Part shown: in pieces, positions 36,150-44,437 of the stretch | How the letters are laid out: the number at the start of each line of letters is the position of its first letter | Numbering within the stretch: the stretch's first letter is position 1 | DNA from: an uncultured Acidobacteriaceae bacterium | GTDB taxonomy: Bacteria; Acidobacteriota; Terriglobia; Terriglobales; Acidobacteriaceae | NCBI GenBank assembly: GCA_963716385.1 | Contig: OY970305.1 | Span: 2,187,614 to 2,251,613, forward strand | DNA: 64,000 nucleotides | Reading direction: 5' to 3' | Notes under the pieces: generated by a model | Told to the model about the DNA's origin: nothing | The model's database searches: none | Seen by the model: only the letters and a program-made list of their open reading frames with translations | Made by a program: the position numbers and the translations under genes

Positions 36150-36791
36150 ATGAGCAGAATGGCGCAGCCGATGGCAGTGAGCAAGTCCGTTCGCCGGTCG
36201 ACAGGCGTGGACGAGGGTCTGAGCGAGTTCACCACGCAGGAGATGTACCGCGAGATTCTAAGCCGCCTGGGCGAGGACCCTGCGCGCGACGGCCTGCTGG
36301 CGACTCCGGGCCGTATCGAGAAGTCGATCGCCTTCCTCACCAAGGGTTACGAAGAGGACCCCACCCAAATTCTGCGCGGGGCGCTGTTTGACGTGGACTA
36401 CGACGAGATGGTGATTGTGAAGGACATCGAGATGTTCTCGCTGTGCGAGCATCACATGCTGCCCTTCTTTGGCAAGGTCCACGTGGCCTACATTCCCAAG
36501 GGCAAGGTGATTGGGTTGAGCAAGATTCCGCGCCTGGTGGAGGTGTTTGCGCGGCGGCTGCAGGTGCAGGAGCGGCTCACGCGGCAGATCGCCGATGCCA
36601 TCCAGCACGCCATTGAGCCGCAGGGCGTGGGCGTGGTGATTGAGGCCCGCCACCTGTGCATGATGATGCGCGGCATCGAGAAGCAGCACTCCTCCACCGT
36701 GACCTCGGCCATGGTGGGCTGCTTCCGCCAGAAGGAAACGCGCTCGGAGTTCCTCACGCTGGTGCGCCAGCCGGCTTGCGGCGGACTGTGA
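36150..36791 (+). CDS. folE: GTP cyclohydrolase I
   Basis: [37 protein letters not shown]. Confidence 0.95.
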   Translation: MSRMAQPMAVSKSVRRSTGVDEGLSEFTTQEMYREILSRLGEDPARDGLLATPGRIEKSIAFLTKGYEEDPTQILRGALFDVDYDEMVIVKDIEMFSLCEHHMLPFFGKVHVAYIPKGKVIGLSKIPRLVEVFARRLQVQERLTRQIADAIQHAIEPQGVGVVIEARHLCMMMRGIEKQHSSTVTSAMVGCFRQKETRSEFLTLVRQPACGGL

Positions 36792-36821
36792 TCGCAGGCC
36801 CCGGTCGTCTAGAGTAGTTAG

Positions 36822-37700
36822 GTGAATGGACTTCTGGTCATCGACAAGCCGGGCGGCCTGACCAGCCATGACGTAGTGAACCGGCTGCGCAGGATCACAG
36901 GCGAGCGCTCCATTGGACATCTGGGCACGCTGGACCCCATGGCGACTGGGGTTCTGCCGCTGCTGATGGGCAAGTTCACGCGCCTGGCGCAGTATTTTTC
37001 TTCGGCGGAAAAGAGCTACACGGGAACCATCCGCTTTGGTTTCGCGACCAACACCTATGACGCCGAGGGCGAGCCGACCGGGCCGCCTTCGACGCCGGAA
37101 CTGACGCTCGACCAGGTGCGCGCGGCGGCGAGGCGCTTCCACGGCGAGATGGAGCAGATGCCCCCTCCTTTTTCCGCAAAAAAGATAGCCGGAACCCCGG
37201 CCTACAAGCTGGCCCGCGCCGGAAAGCCGGTGGAGCTGAAGCGGGCGAAGATCCGCATTTTCTCTTTTGAGATTATGGGGCTGAATGGCGCTGAAGCCAG
37301 CTTCACGATGAGTGTCAGCGCCGGAGGATACGTGCGCACGGTGGCCCACGAACTGGGACAGGACCTGGTCTGCGGCGCGCACCTGAGCAGTTTGCGGCGC
37401 ACGCAGGCAGGGGTCTTCGCGCTGGCCGAGGCGCACGCGCTGGAGGAACTGGAGCCGCTGACAGGAAACGTGGAGGCGCTGGAGGCGATGTGCGTGCATC
37501 CGCGCAGCCTGTTGCCGGAGATGCCCGCGGTGACTGGCGATGCGATGGCGCTGGGGCGGCTGCGGAATGGCGCGCAGGCCAATCTGCCGGAGTTCTCGCA
37601 GGCGGCGCTGGTGAAGGTCTTTGCCGGGCAGCGAGAACTTGTGGGGATTGCGAAGCGGGTGGCGGGAACGCTGTTTCAGCCGGTGGTGGTCCTGGGATGA
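36822..37700 (+). CDS. truB: tRNA pseudouridine(55) synthase
   Basis: DKPGGLTSHDVV, GHLGTLDPMATGVL, QMPPPFSAKK, SAGGYVR. Confidence 0.95.
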   Translation: MNGLLVIDKPGGLTSHDVVNRLRRITGERSIGHLGTLDPMATGVLPLLMGKFTRLAQYFSSAEKSYTGTIRFGFATNTYDAEGEPTGPPSTPELTLDQVRAAARRFHGEMEQMPPPFSAKKIAGTPAYKLARAGKPVELKRAKIRIFSFEIMGLNGAEASFTMSVSAGGYVRTVAHELGQDLVCGAHLSSLRRTQAGVFALAEAHALEELEPLTGNVEALEAMCVHPRSLLPEMPAVTGDAMALGRLRNGAQANLPEFSQAALVKVFAGQRELVGIAKRVAGTLFQPVVVLG

Positions 37701-37784
37701 AGCCGGAGCGCGCAGGGCAGGGGGGGTCGCTGCTGCGATGTTTCGGGCTTCGGCTATTTCCGATATTTCATGGCGCCGCGCGAT

Positions 37785-38660
37785 TCAAACGCTCCCTGCG
37801 TACCCCATGCCCGCCAGGAGGCCGCGCATGAAGGCAAAGCTTTTCGTGACGCCGGGCATCGGATCGTCTGCCTGAATCTCATACTCGAGATCGACAAACC
37901 CTTTGTACCTGGCCGCGAGAAGAGCTTCAAAGATTGCGCGCACAGGCATCTTGCCGTCACCTACGGCCACCTGGCTCTCCTTGTCATGGAAGTCAGTCAG
38001 GTCCTTCATGTGGACGTTGAACAGGCGCGGCCCTGCGTCGTGAATCGCCTGCACCACGCCGGTTCCCGCGCGCGCCGTGTGCCCGACATCGATGCAGTAG
38101 CCCATGCGCGGGTCCATGTACCTGACCGCCTTCAACACATCCAGCGGGGAGGGCCACACCTTGTCTTCCGGTCCGTGGTTGTGAATGGCAATCCGAATGT
38201 CGTACTCCTTCACGAACCTTTCAAGGCGGGGAAGAGTTTCGGGCGCTGGATCGCCCGCGACGATGACGGGAATGCCGGCCCGCTTGCAATACTCGAACTT
38301 GCCGCGAATGTCCGCATCGTTGTCCTCTCGAAAATAAATGGCTCCGGCTGCGTGAAGCTTGATGCCGGCCGCGGCATAATCCGTCAGCGCCCCGGCCTCC
38401 TCCCGCGGGTCCATGGGGAGATGATCCTTGATATCCTTCACATTCAAGTCAGTCACATCGAGTTGTTTCATGAAGTGAATCAGCTGGGCACGGCTGAAGT
38501 TACGAAACGTATAACTGGCCAGTCCCAAATGCACCGGGGACGGCTTTCCGTCTGCCGGAGATGCCTGAGCGAATGTAGGAAGCGCGCTCGAAGCAGCGGA
38601 TGCGGCCGCAAGCAGCGTGCCGCACCGAACAAAGTTGCGCCGTGAAAGAGTTTGTTTCAT
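37785..38660 (-). CDS. Tat-signal sugar phosphate isomerase/epimerase (xylose isomerase-like TIM barrel)
   Basis: SRRNFV twin-Arg; IAIHNHG, DVGH, VHMKD, LEYE metal-site residues. Confidence 0.8.
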   Translation of the reverse strand: MKQTLSRRNFVRCGTLLAAASAASSALPTFAQASPADGKPSPVHLGLASYTFRNFSRAQLIHFMKQLDVTDLNVKDIKDHLPMDPREEAGALTDYAAAGIKLHAAGAIYFREDNDADIRGKFEYCKRAGIPVIVAGDPAPETLPRLERFVKEYDIRIAIHNHGPEDKVWPSPLDVLKAVRYMDPRMGYCIDVGHTARAGTGVVQAIHDAGPRLFNVHMKDLTDFHDKESQVAVGDGKMPVRAIFEALLAARYKGFVDLEYEIQADDPMPGVTKSFAFMRGLLAGMGYAGSV

Positions 38661-38747
38661 AAGTCGGAGGCTCCTCGCGTGCTCCAGATAAGAGTTATCC
38701 ATGCATAACATCATTTGACCGGCTGCCGCGGATGAGTTTGCTGACTC

Positions 38748-40067
38748 TTATAGCTTCGGAGCCCAGCCCGGCTCGTAGGCGCGCCCCCGCAGCTTCATCG
38801 CCGCGGGATCGTTCTTCACCTTGCCGGTTGCGGAGTCGAGTTCGAGCGTCCGGTTGACTTCCCAAGCGACGTTGGATAGTTGCAGCATGGTGACGGCGAC
38901 ATTGCCGATGGAAACCGGCGCATTGAGCCTTTCTCCTTTGCGAATTCCGGCGATGAAGTTGGCAAAGTGCGCGTCCGTCATGGAGTCGCGGCCGGTGAGA
39001 TCGGAAGACGAGGTTTCAGTGCCTGTCTTGAACTCGCTCGCCTTGTTTCCTTGCAGATCGTAGATCTCATAACCGTCGCGATCGACGAGTACGGTGCCGG
39101 TGGTTCCCATGATGGTTGATCCGCGGTCACGGCCGTAAAACTTCATTCCCTGGCAGCATTTGCCCTCCCACGAAATCATCTTGTCGTCGTAGTTGAAGCT
39201 GGTCACAAGGTTGTCATAAAACTGCCAGTCGTCCTTGAACTGGTATCTTCCTCCCGAGGACGCAATGCTGTTTGGAAAGTCGACGCCGAGCGCCCAGCGG
39301 CAGACATCCACCTCGTGCGTGCCGTTGTTCAGAGTCTCGCCGGTGCCCCATATCTTGAACCAGTGCCAGTTATACGGTTGCACATTATCTTTGTAAGGCG
39401 TGCGCGGCGCCGGTCCCTGCCACAGATCCCAGTCGAGCTGCGGCGGCACGGGCGCTTCCTTGCCGATGCCGATCGATTTTCTTGTGTTGCTGTACCAGGC
39501 TTTGGCGTAGTAGGCGCGGCCGATCAGGCCATTGTGAATTCTGTCGACGATCTCAATGGTGTGCGGCGACGACCGCTGCTGCGTGCCCATCTGCACCAGC
39601 TTGCCGTACTTCTTTTGGGCTTGCACGAGCAGCGCTCCCTCGGCGGGATTGTGGCTGCATGGCTTTTCCACGTAGACGTGCTTGCCCGCCTGCAGAGCGA
39701 GGATGGCCATGGGCGCGTGCCAGTGATCGGGAGTGGCGATGGTGACGGCATCCACGTCCTTGTCGTGAAGAATCTGCCGGAAGTCCCGCGCGGCGGCGGG
39801 AGCATCATCCAATTCTCGGCGCACATCCTCCGCGAACGTTTTCAGAGTGTTGCTGTCTACATCGCACACGTGCGTGATCCTGGCGCTTTCCCGGTTGGCC
39901 TTGAGCGCGGAAAGGTGGGCATAGGCTCGCGAATGAAGGCCAATGACGGCAAAGTTGAGCCGGTCATTGGAGCCGAGAATCTGCGCATAACTCTTCGCGC
40001 TCGATCCAATGGCCAGGCCTGCCGCGCTCACCGCGAAGGTGTCAAGGAATTCACGTCGAGTCACCAT
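38748..40067 (-). CDS. Tat-signal Gfo/Idh/MocA oxidoreductase
   Basis: TRREFL twin-Arg; ATPDHWH, KHVYVEKP, QMGTQQRS, DWDLWQGPAP. Confidence 0.9.
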   Translation of the reverse strand: MVTRREFLDTFAVSAAGLAIGSSAKSYAQILGSNDRLNFAVIGLHSRAYAHLSALKANRESARITHVCDVDSNTLKTFAEDVRRELDDAPAAARDFRQILHDKDVDAVTIATPDHWHAPMAILALQAGKHVYVEKPCSHNPAEGALLVQAQKKYGKLVQMGTQQRSSPHTIEIVDRIHNGLIGRAYYAKAWYSNTRKSIGIGKEAPVPPQLDWDLWQGPAPRTPYKDNVQPYNWHWFKIWGTGETLNNGTHEVDVCRWALGVDFPNSIASSGGRYQFKDDWQFYDNLVTSFNYDDKMISWEGKCCQGMKFYGRDRGSTIMGTTGTVLVDRDGYEIYDLQGNKASEFKTGTETSSSDLTGRDSMTDAHFANFIAGIRKGERLNAPVSIGNVAVTMLQLSNVAWEVNRTLELDSATGKVKNDPAAMKLRGRAYEPGWAPKL

Positions 40068-40232
40068 GTTTTGCCTCCTCCATTGATCTGCGCGGTTCGC
40101 CGTGGATGGGTCTGAAACGGTCCAGCGGTCTTGTGCGCCATCAAATGTCTGCTGCCTGTTTCTTATTTCACAGCTATCTTATGCCCGCACAGCGAATGCG
40201 CGGCAGTGGCTTCAGGCTGAAATGCGCTTTGC

Positions 40233-40261
40233 TTGACGCGCGACGCCGCCCGGGTTAGGGT
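40233..40261 (+). promoter_or_regulatory. Sigma70-like promoter TTGACG-17-TAGGGT
   Basis: TTGACG at 40233-40238 and TAGGGT at 40256-40261, immediately upstream of the small ORF unit. Confidence 0.6.
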
Positions 40262-40294
40262 ATCGGTACACGGGAAAGGAGGTTGATCCAGCGA

Positions 40295-40345
40295 ATGCAG
40301 ATTGAATGTTGCAGTTGTTTCTTACGTGAGGTGACTGAGGCCTGA
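40295..40345 (+). CDS. Putative 16-aa small protein MQIECCSCFLREVTEA
   Basis: Preceded by GAAAGGAGGTTGATCCAGC (40274-40292) and bounded by a promoter and a terminator. Too short for the ORF track. Confidence 0.55.
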   Translation: MQIECCSCFLREVTEA

Positions 40346-40449
40346 GGCCCTTGCGCCCCAGCCCCAGATAAGTCCCGGCGGAAGTTCGCCGCCCACGGCT
40401 CTGGCACTCGCGGAAGCGCGAAGGCCCCAGTCCAATCCCAACAGATCAC

Positions 40450-40491
40450 CGACAACGGCCTGGGAACTGATCCCCAGGCCGTTGTCGTTTT
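40450..40491 (+). terminator. Strong intrinsic terminator
   Basis: CGACAACGGCCTGGG-AACTGATC-CCCAGGCCGTTGTCG, 15-bp perfect stem followed by TTTT. Confidence 0.85.
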
Positions 40492-40552
40492 GTGGGCCAG
40501 GGTGTGAGGGAAGGCTCAAGCCGGCAGGCCTGCTGCGTTAAACTGACAGCAA

Positions 40553-41062
40553 ATGCGTGTGTTTGGCATCGATTGCGGGACAGAGACCACCGGCTACGGC
40601 GTTGTGGAGAGCTGCGACGCCGGCCGGCAGCCGCGGCTGGTCTGCAAGGCGCTGGGGGCCATCCGACTGGCGAAGACGAAGCCGTTGCCCGAGCGGCTAG
40701 CGCAGGTTTTTCGTGAGCTTTCGGCCGAGTTGGAGCGCTGGCAGCCCGAGGTGGTGGCGGTCGAGGGGGTCTTCTACTCAGTGAATGCCAAGTCGGCGTT
40801 GAAACTCGGACAGGTGCGGGGCGTGGCGCTGCTGGCGGCGGCCATGCAAGGGCTTCCCGTGGCCGAGTATGCGCCGCTCAAGATCAAGTCGAGCGTAGTG
40901 GGCTATGGGCTGGCGAAGAAGGAGCAGGTGCAGTTCATGGTGGCGCGCTTGCTGGATCTGGCAGAGTTGCCAGAGCCGCCCGACGCCGCCGACGCTCTGG
41001 CCATCGCCATCTGCCACATTCATACCGCCCAGACGCTGCTGCAGCAGGGGATTGGACAATGA
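40553..41062 (+). CDS. ruvC: Crossover junction endodeoxyribonuclease RuvC
   Basis: FGIDCG..TGYGVV, VAVEGVF, LKLGQVRG, EYAP..IK, DAADALAIAICH. Confidence 0.93.
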   Translation: MRVFGIDCGTETTGYGVVESCDAGRQPRLVCKALGAIRLAKTKPLPERLAQVFRELSAELERWQPEVVAVEGVFYSVNAKSALKLGQVRGVALLAAAMQGLPVAEYAPLKIKSSVVGYGLAKKEQVQFMVARLLDLAELPEPPDAADALAIAICHIHTAQTLLQQGIGQ

Positions 41063-41712
41063 GGGCGCTACTGTTGGCGCTGGTTGCGGCCGTACCGGCT
41101 CTGCTCGCGCATGGGGAACCCGGCGCGGTGGTCCGAGTTGATTTTTCGAATCCTGGGCTGACCCCGTCGAATTGGATGCTGGTGATCTACCCGGACGGCA
41201 GCGGGCACTTTCATGCCGATCGCGGCGATGCACCGGCGCAGCCGCTGCAGGCGATGGAACCGGTCACCGTGGACCGCGATGTGCAGCTGAGTGAACTCTT
41301 TGCGGAGCGCGTCTTCGAGACCGTTCATCGCAACCGGCTCATGAATGTGGGATGCGAAAGCCACATGAAGGTGGCCTTCCAGGGATGGAAGAGGATCACC
41401 TATCGTGGGCCCGACGGCGAAGGGAGCTGCCGGTTCAATTACTCCAGCGACAAGCAGATTCAGGCTCTGGGAGACTCTCTGGTCGCTGTGGCCGCGACCA
41501 TCATTGAGGGCGCGCGCCTGGAGATGCTGCTGCTGCACGATCCCCTCGGGCTTGACAGCGAGATGGAGTACGTCATGGAGGGCGCTGCGGATGGTCGATT
41601 GCGGCAGATTTGCGCTATCCGAGGGGTTCTACAACGATTGGCGGATGACCCTGGAGTGATGGAGCGGGTGAGGAAGCGGGCCCGGATTCTTTTGGCGCGG
41701 CCAGAGAAATAA
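41059..41712 (+). CDS. Hypothetical exported protein
   Basis: Signal-peptide-like N-terminus, ATGA overlap with ruvC, typical codon usage. Confidence 0.65.
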   Translation: MRALLLALVAAVPALLAHGEPGAVVRVDFSNPGLTPSNWMLVIYPDGSGHFHADRGDAPAQPLQAMEPVTVDRDVQLSELFAERVFETVHRNRLMNVGCESHMKVAFQGWKRITYRGPDGEGSCRFNYSSDKQIQALGDSLVAVAATIIEGARLEMLLLHDPLGLDSEMEYVMEGAADGRLRQICAIRGVLQRLADDPGVMERVRKRARILLARPEK

Positions 41713-41830
41713 AGGCTGCCCAGAAGGCGTTTTACCGCGACTTTCAGGGCAGCGAGGGTGTCCAATGAGTGTTGGTCTCCACTGGGCGCGGAGTATGAAC
41801 GGGGAGATGCGGAAAGAGATTGGGGGCGCC

Positions 41831-43516
41831 ATGAAAAGCTTGCGGAAGGTTTGGTTTCGATCAGGAATCAGCGCATGGGGGCTGGCGCTGTTGGCGGCGG
41901 GAGCCGTGGCGCTGGGACCTTGCCTGGTGGCCCAGGACGGCGGGCCGGCCGCACGTGCGGTGCGGCTGAGCAGCGTGGATGGGCAGGTGCAACTCTCGCA
42001 GGGCAATACGGTGCTTGCCGCGCAGGCTCTGGCCAATACGCCGCTCTTTGGAGGGACCCGCATTGCGACCGCCGACGACGGCCGGGCCGAGATCCAGTTT
42101 GAAGACGGCAGCGTGGCGCGCATTTCGCCCAACAGCTCTCTCACGCTCAGCGTGCTGCGGCAACAGGGAGATGGGACCGACACAGAGATGGTGATGGATA
42201 GCGGCCTGGGCTACTTTGAGCTCCAGGGCGAAACGCCATCAGACCACATCCAGGTCCGGTTCGGCGACAGCGTGGTCACGGCCAGCGGCTTTACGGTCCT
42301 GCGCATCAACCTTGACAACCCTCCAGGAGAACTTGCCGTGTTTTCTGGCAACGCTCACCTTGAGGGTGGCAACATGCAGCCGCTTGACCTGCACGGCGGC
42401 GAAAGCGCGAGAGTGAGCGGCGCCAACGGCGGCGAATTCGTTGTGGCTGAGGCGATTGAGCCGAACTCCTGGGATGCGTGGAACGCGGATCGCGACCAGG
42501 CGCTGACGGCTCAGGAAGCGGATCGCACCGCGGCGACGGCAAGCGCTCCGAACAGCAACAATCCTGCCTGGAGCGACTTGGACGGCAATGGTAACTGGTA
42601 CAACGTGCCGGGACAGGGCTATGTCTGGTCCCCTTATGAGGCTGGAGGCGCAGGCTGGGATCCCTATGGCTGCGGAAGCTGGGTCTGGACGCCGCGCTTT
42701 GGGTATGTCTGGGTATCGTGCTATTCATGGGGTTTCATGCCCTACCAGATGGGCATGTGGAGTTACTACGACGGCTTTGGTTGGGGATGGGCGCCAGGCC
42801 TGGGCCAGCCCTGGTGGGGCGGCGGAGGCTGGGCCTACAACATCGGCAGGACTCCGTTCCAATATCAGCCTCCGCACCGGCCGCGGGGAGGGCCGGTAAA
42901 GCCTGGAGGCGGAAGGCCGACTTTCGCAGGGGGCGGCCATCAGCCGTATCCGGTGGTGACCGTCAATCGCCTGCGTGACAGAGTTTCGGGAGGACCGGTG
43001 CGCCCCAGGAATGCGCCGCTGGTGGTTTCCGGCAACCCGGTGCAGCCGCTCAGGCCTGTTGCGCCACGGCAGCGGTATGAAGGTGGGTCGTCAGGGGGCG
43101 TGAACCGGCCGCAGCCTGCTGCGCCGGGGGGCGGGGGCCGGTACGTCTATACCCCCCGCCAGGACACAGGGGGCGGAGCCCGTCCAGGCGAAGGGGTTGC
43201 ACCCAGGCCCTCCGGGGGCCCTGCGCGTCCAGCCGCGCCGCCGGAAAACTATAGCCCTCGTCCAGCTGCGCCTTCGGGCGGATACGCTCCTCGTCCTTCC
43301 GCGCCGTCTGGCGGATACAGCCCTCGCCCGTCCGCGCCAAGCCACGCGCCTTCTGGTGGCGGAGCGCCGGCCAGTCATCCCTCCGGCGGTGGTGGCGGCT
43401 CGCACCCGAGCGGTGGCGGTGGTGGTTCGCACCCGAGCGGCGGTGGCGGCGGGGGTGGCGGGTCTCACCCGAGCGGCGGCGGTGGCTCACACCCCAGCAG
43501 TGGGCCGCACCGCTAG
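41831..43516 (+). CDS. FecR-domain/DUF6600-like exported protein with Pro/Gly/Ser/His-rich tail
   Basis: RAVRLSSVDGQV, GRAEIQFEDGSVAR, Trp/Gly-rich GSWVWTPRFGYVWVS..WGFMPY..G.W segment, low-complexity C-terminus. Confidence 0.75.
   Translation: MKSLRKVWFRSGISAWGLALLAAGAVALGPCLVAQDGGPAARAVRLSSVDGQVQLSQGNTVLAAQALANTPLFGGTRIATADDGRAEIQFEDGSVARISPNSSLTLSVLRQQGDGTDTEMVMDSGLGYFELQGETPSDHIQVRFGDSVVTASGFTVLRINLDNPPGELAVFSGNAHLEGGNMQPLDLHGGESARVSGANGGEFVVAEAIEPNSWDAWNADRDQALTAQEADRTAATASAPNSNNPAWSDLDGNGNWYNVPGQGYVWSPYEAGGAGWDPYGCGSWVWTPRFGYVWVSCYSWGFMPYQMGMWSYYDGFGWGWAPGLGQPWWGGGGWAYNIGRTPFQYQPPHRPRGGPVKPGGGRPTFAGGGHQPYPVVTVNRLRDRVSGGPVRPRNAPLVVSGNPVQPLRPVAPRQRYEGGSSGGVNRPQPAAPGGGGRYVYTPRQDTGGGARPGEGVAPRPSGGPARPAAPPENYSPRPAAPSGGYAPRPSAPSGGYSPRPSAPSHAPSGGGAPASHPSGGGGGSHPSGGGGGSHPSGGGGGGGGSHPSGGGGSHPSSGPHR
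43233..43513 (+). repeat. Coding tandem repeats (Y[AS]PRP[AS]AP x3; SHPSGGGG x5)
   Basis: Read from the translation of the 41831-43516 CDS. Confidence 0.75.
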
Positions 43517-43518
43517 AA

Positions 43519-44355
43519 TCACGAGTTCGTGACTTTGGAGGCTGCTTCGCCTGGCGGAGCAGCCTCTTCTGTTTTCAGGCTGCGCCAGAGAGCGGCGAGC
43601 GATTCGAGAGCCAGGGTTTCGGCGCGCGCCAGGGGTTCGACGCCCGCACTGGAGAGCCCCGCGGCGACGGCTGATGAAGTAAACCCAGCGGCACGAAGGT
43701 TGTTGGCCAGCGTCTTCCGCTTTTGCGCGAAGGCCTGGCGCACAAAGCGGAGGAAGCTGGTCTCATCGATCTGAAGCTCGGCAATGCGCGGCGCAAACCG
43801 CCAGCGGAGGACGGTCGAGTGAACGTCAGGCGGCGGAGAAAAAGCGCCGGGCGGCAGAGTGAACAGCCTCTCCACCGGCCCGTAGAGCTGAGCCGTGACA
43901 GACAGCAGGCCGTAGTCGCGGCAGCCCGGCGTGGCGGCGACGCGGTCGGCCACTTCCCGCTGCATCATCAGTACAGCGCGGTCCAGCGCGGCGTGGCTGG
44001 CGGCCAGCTTGAGCAGAATCGGCGAGGTGATGTAGTAGGGCAGATTGCCCACCACCAGCAACCGCTCGCCGGCATCGCCTGAGGCGCCGGCAAAGTCGAA
44101 GGCCAGCACGTCCTGGCCGATCACCGTCACGCGTTCCGGCGGCAACTCCGCGCGCAGCCGGGCGGCCAGATCGGGGTCCAGCTCAATGGCCAGCACATGG
44201 CTGGCCTGGATAGCCAGGGAGTGGGTAATGGTGCCCTTGCCGGGGCCGATCTCGACCACCGTGCGGCCAGTGCAGTCCCCCAGCGCCGCCACGATCCGCT
44301 GGATGGCCTGCGCGTCGTGGAGGAAATGCTGGCCGAGTTTGGGTTTGGCGGGCAT
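43519..44355 (-). CDS. rsmA: 16S rRNA adenine dimethyltransferase
   Basis: KLGQHFL, VEIGPGKG, IELD, GNLPYYITSPIL, QREVADR, AFAQKRKTL. Confidence 0.95.
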   Translation of the reverse strand: MPAKPKLGQHFLHDAQAIQRIVAALGDCTGRTVVEIGPGKGTITHSLAIQASHVLAIELDPDLAARLRAELPPERVTVIGQDVLAFDFAGASGDAGERLLVVGNLPYYITSPILLKLAASHAALDRAVLMMQREVADRVAATPGCRDYGLLSVTAQLYGPVERLFTLPPGAFSPPPDVHSTVLRWRFAPRIAELQIDETSFLRFVRQAFAQKRKTLANNLRAAGFTSSAVAAGLSSAGVEPLARAETLALESLAALWRSLKTEEAAPPGEAASKVTNS

Positions 44356-44437
44356 GGGCTTCCTAGATGGTAGACGAACGCCGACGGGGGAAGCCGCGCC
44401 TGTGCGCTTCTCGCGCGGGTGCAGGGGATTAGCCTTA

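Noticed and set aside
40346-40450. SRP RNA, 6S RNA, tmRNA or a 16S rRNA fragment as the explanation for the 40.3-kb element
   Set aside because: No SRP loop motif or long 6S-like duplex, too short for tmRNA, and the 16S complementarity is limited to the 3'-terminal ~17 nt.
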